From: Phallusia mammillata
Taxonomy: Eukaryota
NCBI GenBank assembly: GCA_965637545.1
Contig: OZ281495.1
Coordinates: forward strand, 24,676,001-24,740,000
DNA length: 64,000 nucleotides
Reading direction: 5' to 3'
Part shown: positions 52,901 through 61,900 of the stretch, piece after piece
Position numbering within the stretch: position 1 is the first letter of the stretch
How the letters are laid out: each line of letters opens with the position of its first letter
Notes under the pieces: model-generated
Told to the model about the DNA's origin: nothing
Seen by the model: the letters and a program-made list of their open reading frames with translations, nothing else
Database searches by the model: none
Made by a program: the position numbers and the translations under genes

Positions 52901-55900
52901 TTTTCGTTATTGATATAGACTGCATTATTCGCCCGATTTTAATATATTGTAGTTTGTTTCAATGACACTAATCAGACCCAAATTTAGGGGCTATTGCTGT
53001 AAAACAGTGATTCTCAAACGCGGCTCTCAGGGCCGCATGCGGCTCCCAACTACTTATTTTGCGGCTCCTACCAAACCTCAGAAAACCACTAAAGATTGCT
53101 ATTTAGCGTTCAAAGTAATAATCTTTAGTGATTTTCTCAAGGTTTTGTTTTTTTGCGGCTCCCTACACACTTAAAAAACTACCATTTAGTCCCGACAATA
53201 AAAAAGTTTGATAACCACTGCTGTAAAATGTAAAATCTGTTTAACTACGCTGTATTTCTGTAAGCTGTTTTGTCACCTAGTGCAAGTTGAATTCTTGGTC
53301 GTAAATATTATTTGCCAACAGCACCTAAATTTATAAGAACTGATGATGTTATTATATCGGCTAAATCGATTTTTTATTTGTAATATTACATAATGAAAAA
53401 CACAGACTAATGTAAGTGTACTCAGAGCTTTAGTTAAGTATACACGGAAACCTAAAGCAATGTCTTCCTTTGAAATAGTCCGTGGTTGGTCACTCCTTTG
53501 GATCAATGTACACCCCTCGTCATTTCGGTCAATCTGGTGGAAGCGGTAATGGTCTGGAAGGTGGAAAAGGTGGTGGAGCATTGGCGTTCATTGCTCGGGA
53601 GAAGGTAGAGATCGACGGTAAAATCGACATGTCAGGTAGCAGCAGCACGATTGGTGCTAACAACATCGGTGGAGGCGGTGGTTCCGGTGGAAGCGTTTAC
53701 ATCACCTGTCAAACACTGGCTGGTCAGTGTAACTGTTGTTTGTTTGGATTTATAGATGGCGTTTTTATTGTAGCCTATGTTACTGTAGCGCTCCTAAGTA
53801 AGGCTAAGGTTAGAGGTTTAGCAATTACTGACTTTAAAAGTAGCTTTATCTGCTGCTTTTAAAACCATTCTAATATAGTTTCAAAACACTGTCGTTTCAA
53901 ACCGTTTACAGATTGGTGATTCGATAATTTGCATTTAGGCCTGGGACAGTAAATGAACTTAAGGGTTTTAAACTTCTTGGTTAAAACATGGCCGGTTAGG
54001 TATAGATTCGCCTGGAATACACATTTCTCTTATTTCGGAATTATAATCTTCAACCTCAAAAAATAAATTTATATTGCCAAAAACCATATATTCATAAACT
54101 GGCCGATTTTATTTCACCATATAGTGTGAACGTTTGATGGTAAATACCATGTGGCTAATATTTGTCGTTCTAAACAGGAAACGGTGAAATCCATGCGAAT
54201 GGAGGTTCTGGTTCAGGAGGTGGAGGCGGTGGCCGCGTTGCGATGTGGTTTTCTAACAACATTTACGTCGGATCGTTTTCTGCCGTCGGTGGACATGGAA
54301 CTTATGAGCCTGGTGGCGCAGGTAATGACCCATTAGAATCAAAACTTAACTCAATTTATAAGTGTTTTTGACTATTTTAATTTTATAAATAAGTACCTGT
54401 TTTTGTATCTTTGTATTATTGTACTTTTATTAGGATTTCTGAGCTAATTATACGGGTTTTCTCTCAAAAATTTCTTTCATTCTTTTTTATCCTTTAGGAA
54501 CCATTTTGCTTCGTCAGAAGGTTAATGCGTCATCAAGCTTTACGATGACGTCGTCCGGTTCGTTTTATGAAGACAAACTTGTGGTTGACAACGCCAAGAA
54601 CCCGGATCCAATAACATTTTTGGTGAACTTCTACAATCTGCTTTACAGCAACCAACGCGGAATAGAAAGTACAAGGTCAGAAAGAGAAGTGGTTTTGTTA
54701 ATTTTTAACAAATGTCTAGGATGAAGTAGGCCGCGTGTTCGGAACCAATCATCTCGCATTTGTTAAAAATCTGCTAAATGATGTGACCTTAAAATAAACC
54801 GTGCAAGCACGTCTGGTTGAAGTAAGAGCATAGACATGAAAGCTCAATGCTAGGTTATACATAACATTTGTTGTTTTATCCCATACAAATAACTGTTCGT
54901 TATACTTTCAGAACTTTCCTGATGGATGAGCAAGGCGATGAAGATATTCGCGACGTGAAATTTAAGTCAGTTGACTTGAGAGGACATGCCCATCTTGTGT
55001 TGTATCCTGAAGTGGAGGAAATGAACATGACCATTGGAGAGAGTGTCGGAGATAGAAGTGGGACTTTGCATGTCGGACATTACCAGGTAATTATACATCA
55101 CAATATGTGCGCCTGTCCAAATACTGACTGTGATCTTTTTGCTCAGCATTTTTTTAGATTATTGAAACTGCTTAATTACGAATTTGTACACGCTAACTAA
55201 CATAGACTTTTGTTTGCCAACCCATTTCAGGAACATAAGTTGTAGAAAGCCAAGTTTTTAAAGTTCAGTGACTTTTACTCGTAGCCTACTTTACTGAGTT
55301 GTATCTGTAACTTTGTGATTTAAATTAATCCTTTATGTGTAGTCTAGCAGTGTCACCACCAATAAAAGCCAAATCAACCATTTATCTCTGGTTTCAGAGT
55401 TTGGACGTCGCACTTCCATCTACTTCTCCTGAACTCATGTTTGGTGTTGAAATCTACGAGAAAGCTAAGATGAGGAGTGATGGCAATTTGTTTATCAACG
55501 ATGTACGACTGATGGTTAGCGGTTTGTTGAACGGAGCCCACACACTGGAGGTCGGACACAACGGAGAACTTCACTTTACGTGCGTATCTTATAAACCTTT
55601 TTCACAAGAATCAAAAAAGTTTGCAAAGGGTAAAAAATTATTACAGAACCTACAAAAACCGTTGTACTGGATCTTTTGGAAATGTTCAAAATGCTAAGGA
55701 TTTTTTAACTAAACACTTTTACATATCAAATTCACTCTACTCGAAATATAAAAGTGGTAGAGACAACGCAATGTAACTGTTTGTGTTTAATTTTTTCTTG
55801 TCAAAAATCTGACACCATCTATAAATATAGTTGACCAAAAATTTTGATCACCTGAAACTGAAAGGTAATCGATAATAAGTGCGTTTTTATAGCCAAAAAT

Positions 55901-58900
55901 AAGGCCTCCTGGAGCAATATGTTGATTATTTACATGTACGGACCTGTGCCTATGAACAACGATTAATTTATGTTTCAGACATCTGGCCAACCTCACTTCC
56001 AACGAAACATCAGCCGAAGACGGTGAAGACGACGTAGCAGTTATTCCATTCACCAAACTTATTGTTCACGGTGGAGGAAAAGTTTTTGTAGAATCTGGTA
56101 GAGCGGGAGTTGAACTTCAGGTTTGTTACTGATTTTTGCATTCTTTTTTTTGAGTTCATTTTTAGGTGTTTTGGTCTTTAATTGCCTTTTCAAACATTTG
56201 GTTTTGTAGGGTGATCTGGTGCACGTTCATGCTGGTGGATCTATCAAGGGTGACAAACTGACTATTAGATCAACTGAACTTATCGTTGAGGACACAGCTT
56301 CCATTGATGTAAGTATACCTACTCTTCTTAGCAATCTCAATTTATTTTTTACCCTTTTTCCTTAACTGTTGGCCTTGAGCCGGTGAAATTAGCAAACAAA
56401 AATAGAAAAAAGGCTAGTCATGTGATAAATTTATTTCAAACTTATTGTTTTCCTTCTATGACAATATAAAATCTAATGTGTTCTAGCGTGTTTCAAGATT
56501 GAAAATTGCTAGCCGCTGTTTATTCAGACTGTATATATGGACCAAAAAATAACCTTACGGGCTCATAACGTTATTTACACAAAAATAACATTGTTTGAAA
56601 ACACATATAGGTGACTTGCAACACCAAATGGCACGACTGTCACGGCAGTGGTTCGGTCCAGTTCACAACAGAGGACACATCAGGTGCCAGTCATGGTGGT
56701 GTTGGTGGGAATGGAGATATGACAACCACTGAGTCGAACAGACTAAGAAGACCGCACGGAAAAATAAATGACCCCCAGGTATCGTTTAACTTCATAAATT
56801 CGCTGTCTCAGAAATCCTAGTTAAGTGATTCTGGGAATCTTTCCTAATTGGTTTGCAATTCTCGTAACGATTTCCACCTTGCATGTTATATGCCACAAAT
56901 TTGGTAGCATTAATTTTCTTGTTAAAATCTGTTGCCTATCTCTTTCTTTGTTGGTGTATGTTTTGAGAAGAGGTCACAAATTTGTTTTTAGTTTTAAATT
57001 TACGTGTTAAAATACCTTCACATACAATTGTAGTAATTCCTATGCATTTTTTTAGTTCTGTATGAAAAATCTAAACAGTTTGAGCAATATATTTATTGTT
57101 TTGGTCGAGAAAAGTCTAAAATAACCCTATGGGGCAACAACTTGACCTAGGTTTTTGCAAGAACAAAGGCTTACGAACTCAATGTATGAGAAATAAGTAC
57201 ATTTTAAACCATGATCTTTTTCAACAGAGCTTTGGCGGTAGTGCAAGCGCAAGAAAGTCACTTGGTGGCGGTATTCTAAACATCGTATCGCGGGATATTT
57301 GGTTGGATGGAACTCTTAGCGCGAAAGGACGAGATGGCGTTTCACTGGATGACGCTGGTAGGACGCGTAACGGTGGTGGAGGTGCTGGTGGAAGCATCCT
57401 TATCAATGTGGAGGGATTGATCCGAGGAACTGGACTTATCCATGCCGATGGTGGTGCAGGTAAGGATGGTAACAAATAAGGCTGAATTAGCTTGAGGAGC
57501 CAAAGTTCTGATTTTTTCCCTCTCAAAGAAAAATGGCCCTTCGAAATAAAATCTAACTTTTAGATTCATGATTTTGTCTCATCACAGTGAATGCATATAT
57601 AAATAAACGTCTAGGTTCTGGGCACTTATGCTTTAATATTTCACTTGGAAACCCACCCAAGGGCGCAAATATAGACCAGTCTTTCCGACACCAAGTGCTT
57701 TACCCACTTTTAATTTCCTAACTACCGACCCTTTTCTGGTTTCAGGACACCAGAATACAGCAGCAACGTTCAGCCAATCAGGATGCGGTGGAGGTGGTGG
57801 TCGTGTCGCCATCTTTTACCCGTCCTCGGTTGACCCTAACAGCCTGACTACAATGAGCCTGGGTTCAGCTTGGCAGGGTGAAGTCCGTGCTCGTGGTGGT
57901 TACGCTTGGTCACGTCGTAGTGGTGCAGCAGGTACAGTCTACTTCCACGAGACGAGAGGTTCGGTTGTCAAGAGGAAACTCCTTGTGGAGAACGGTGGTC
58001 ACGTGATCCAAACGGTAAGTTATTTATCATTGTGCTTTTTTTTTTTTGTAACTAACCGAATTTTTTCGGCGGTTTGTTATTTATATACGCTCAATATCGT
58101 GGTCTAAATATGCTGTCCCCGTTCTTTCTATGTATGTTTGTTTTAAAATTCGCTAAATTATTAAGTGGAACACAAAATTAAAAATATAGTTTTAATGTAA
58201 TGATGGTAAAACGTCACGTTTGGAAAATAGCATTTGCTCGGTCACAGTAACAATATATATTACTTTTTATTTTACCCTTTTCTTTTAGACAAAAAAAAAT
58301 TCAACGGTTAGCTTGTGTTTGATAATTTTGGCTGAAAACATTGTAAACATTTGTTATAACTTTGTTTTCAGCCTACGTCATCTGTGTCATATTATGACAT
58401 CATCGATGCGAACGTAGCGGTCACGTGGCTCGTTGTTGGACCAGAACCTGTCAGTTCGGCGAGAAATGGCGACATTCTTAACCCTCTAAGATCAGAAGCC
58501 AAGTTTGATGAACTTCACGTTTTGGGCGCTGCTCGTCTCTCCGTCCTCTCAACAGGTTTGTTTTTATATTTTCACGATTTCTGATTTGGCCATATGACTA
58601 AAATATTTGTAACTAAGGATATTGTAATGTAATGATATTGTTTAGGATTATTATTTCACAAACCAATACTAAGTCTGCAACGTTTATTCGGTGTTTTTTT
58701 TTTATATGTCTAAATATTGTTACCAAGTCTCGGTATAACCGTTATTTGCAGTAATATATACAGCACTTAAAGCCGACATTTTATATTTCAGTGTGAATGA
58801 AAATTTGCCTACCTTTTGGCTGCAATTATGCCTTTAAATATTGTTTGCTCTTACAGGAGAAGGAGATTTCAGAGACGACCAATTGGAGATCGGAACTTTG

Positions 58901-61900
58901 TACGTAGCCAACCCTCGTACAACAACTATACTACCAACTATCGACATCGGTAATATACACTTTTGTAAAGCAGTTCCGTATTTGTGTCACAATCTGCAAA
59001 AATCGACTCTCGGTTGGTCGAAGATTTGATCTGTATACAATGAATAAATTCTTTACAACGTCTACCATGAATGTATTGACTATAGAAAAAATCTTTCTGG
59101 CAGTTCAATTAGGTTATACTTTTTAAATCCATGTCTTCCTATACTATTATTGAGAGGGAAAGGGGTTTTAATGAATTTCGTTTAAGGTTATTCGCATCGT
59201 TTAGTACTTCAATCATAATTTGTTGATTTTTTGTGATAATTAGGCACCGATCGTTTAACTGCATAATTGTAAATCTTTAAAATATGGATTTCGCAAATAT
59301 TGGCTTGATTCGTGTGTCTGCAAATAATCTATACTTGGCTTACAAAAACAACAAAACTGGTTGCCACAAACGTAATGGAATTTAACATACACAGCTGGAG
59401 ACGGACAAACTATAACAATTCAAACTGTCGGTCACTATCTGGGCGCCAATCTACACGTTCACGAGGATTCAAGCGTAAGCGTTGCCACTTTGACGTCACT
59501 CAGTGGCTCCACAGCGCCGAGTAGTGGCGGAACGGTTGTTTTGGGAGCCGAAGTTACATTAGAAGGCACGATGGTCGGATTCGGCAACTTGGAGCTGGTC
59601 GACAGCAAACTTTACTTCGGACCAAAAGGAAGGTAGGCAACTCATGCAAAACTGCTGTAATTAAATCATTGACTTTGGCAAATGTTGATCAACATGGTAA
59701 ATTTTGCTTTCTGCTTTGGAATGGCTGTAATACCAAGCCATTGAGTTGGTCATCGATTTACTTTTTTACGCTTTTGACAGATACACCAATGGTCCCGTTG
59801 TCGAATCGAAAGAAGGTGCAGTGTTACAAGCCAACGACCTTACTATTGGTCCAAAGAGTCACGTGTTGTTCCTTCCATCTAACCTTCTAGCTGAAACTGA
59901 CGACAGAAATATCACTTCGGAAGTCAAGGTAAACTTACAATCACAATAAAATCGTTCTTTTGGCTGTGTTTTCCGTACCGACGTCCTCTGCAGGTAGTCT
60001 ACATATACTACAACATGGTAAATAGTTCAAAGCGATCAATATAGCAAGCAGGGTTGCACAAAGAAGAAACATTAGAAGTGGAAATTGGAATTGTAACATT
60101 GTCCCAAGGAGTGTTTAGATTTAAAACACGTTTGTTGGTATTTTAAGGTTTCTACTTTGCTCGTGGAATCACTTGGATTGTTGCAAGGCAGACGACTTCA
60201 CGTGAAAGCCAGTACAAAAGTGGATATTGCTGACGGAGGTCGAATATCGCTTGATAAGATGGGATTCGGACACGGAGAAGGAAAAGGTAACAAACTGAAA
60301 TGATGACATTTCAACGTTGAATAACGATATTCATACACTTTTCATAAAAAGTATGTAAATTAGGAAACTGACACTGTTCAAAATGAGCTATATCTCCCCC
60401 TCCAAAAGACCACATTATTATTGACGATTGGAAATAAATAACTGGGTATGGAGATCGGTTTCAAACTTGTTTAAAACCATTTGCATAAGAAACTGGCGTT
60501 ACCATTTAGGTCAAATGCTGGATATATTTGAAAACTGCTTTTATTAACCAATTACTCAATGTATAAGAAAACGTTGTGAACTCTCGGCAAATTCCGTACT
60601 TTAAATTGATTATGAATGTTATTAACCTGGAAACAAACAACACAGGTTCAAGTTCACATGACGAATTCCGGTTCCTGGGTGGATCACACGGGGGCCGCGG
60701 TGGTTCCCCCGACGAGAGATTTGTCCCCTTCGAAGACGATGACGATTTCTCGAAACCCACTCACTTCGGATCAGGAGGAAGCGGGTTGTTGGCCGGATCG
60801 GGTGGAGGAGCTATACACATTGAAACACGTAAAACTGTCTTTTAATAATAAGTAGTGATCCTCATTACCAAAAAAATGCAAATAGTTTTTTTATTTCATT
60901 GCGATTTTTTAGCTGGAATATTATTTCCCAACTGCACGTGCAAATATTTTATTTGAATAAGTCATCTAGTACACTAATTTTTGTTAAGTGATTTGTGATG
61001 TACAAAAACTGCGACGGTAAAAGATACTTGGCCCAAAACAGACACAGTTGTGCCAAAGGCTGAGAAATGCTGCTGTATTGTTTTACAATGAAATTTGCGT
61101 TTTAGCTTCATTGAAAAATGACGGCAACATCACAAGTAACGGTGGAAACGGTACAGCTGATCCTTACAGACAGGGAGCTGGTGGCGGCGCAGGAGGAAGC
61201 ATTTACATTCAGGTATGAAACTATTTTTAAACGACCAAAAAAGTGAATTAAATTACGCTATTAACCGACGACCAGTAGTGGGTGGGAAAATAGGCACGGG
61301 GAGAAATATAAATTAAATGTGCGTCTTTGGTTGCTTTGTAAGCTTTATATGTCACTCCACAGGTCGAGTCGCTCTCAGGAGACGGCATTTACTGCGTTAA
61401 CGGAGGCAAGGGTTACTTTGAAACATCCGGTGGAGGTTCTGGTGGTTTGATCGCAATCGACTACATCACAGCCACCAAAGAAGTTACGCTTGATCGGTTT
61501 TCGGCCTACCATGGAACCGGCGAGGTCCCGGGTGGTCCAGGACTTATTTATCTTCAATGTAGTGCTGATGTTGCGCAGCCGACTTTCTTGGAAAGTTCAG
61601 TTGATCCATTGCTCACCGTTTTGCCATCGTACAGCTATACACAACTTGTTGTCAGAGGTAAGTTTACAATTATCATGGTTTTTCCTAGCTTAGCTGTGTA
61701 CAACCTGCGAAACAGATTTCTATTGTCAAACACAAAAAATAGTAATATGGATAAAGGCGATGTGCATTGACTGAAACACATTAGTTAGATAATTTGTTTC
61801 CATAACTGGGCTTAAAGTATTTTTTGGATAAAAAAAGATGTATTACAGTTTAAATAGACACACGCGCCCCAACTGCTATTGACTGTTTGAAGGCTTATGT

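Noticed and set aside
2288-61657. Collagen, silk or keratin-like glycine-rich protein
   Set aside because: No Gly-X-Y periodicity or poly-(GA)/(GGX) tracts; the Gly runs are short and interleaved with ordered hydrophobic strands.
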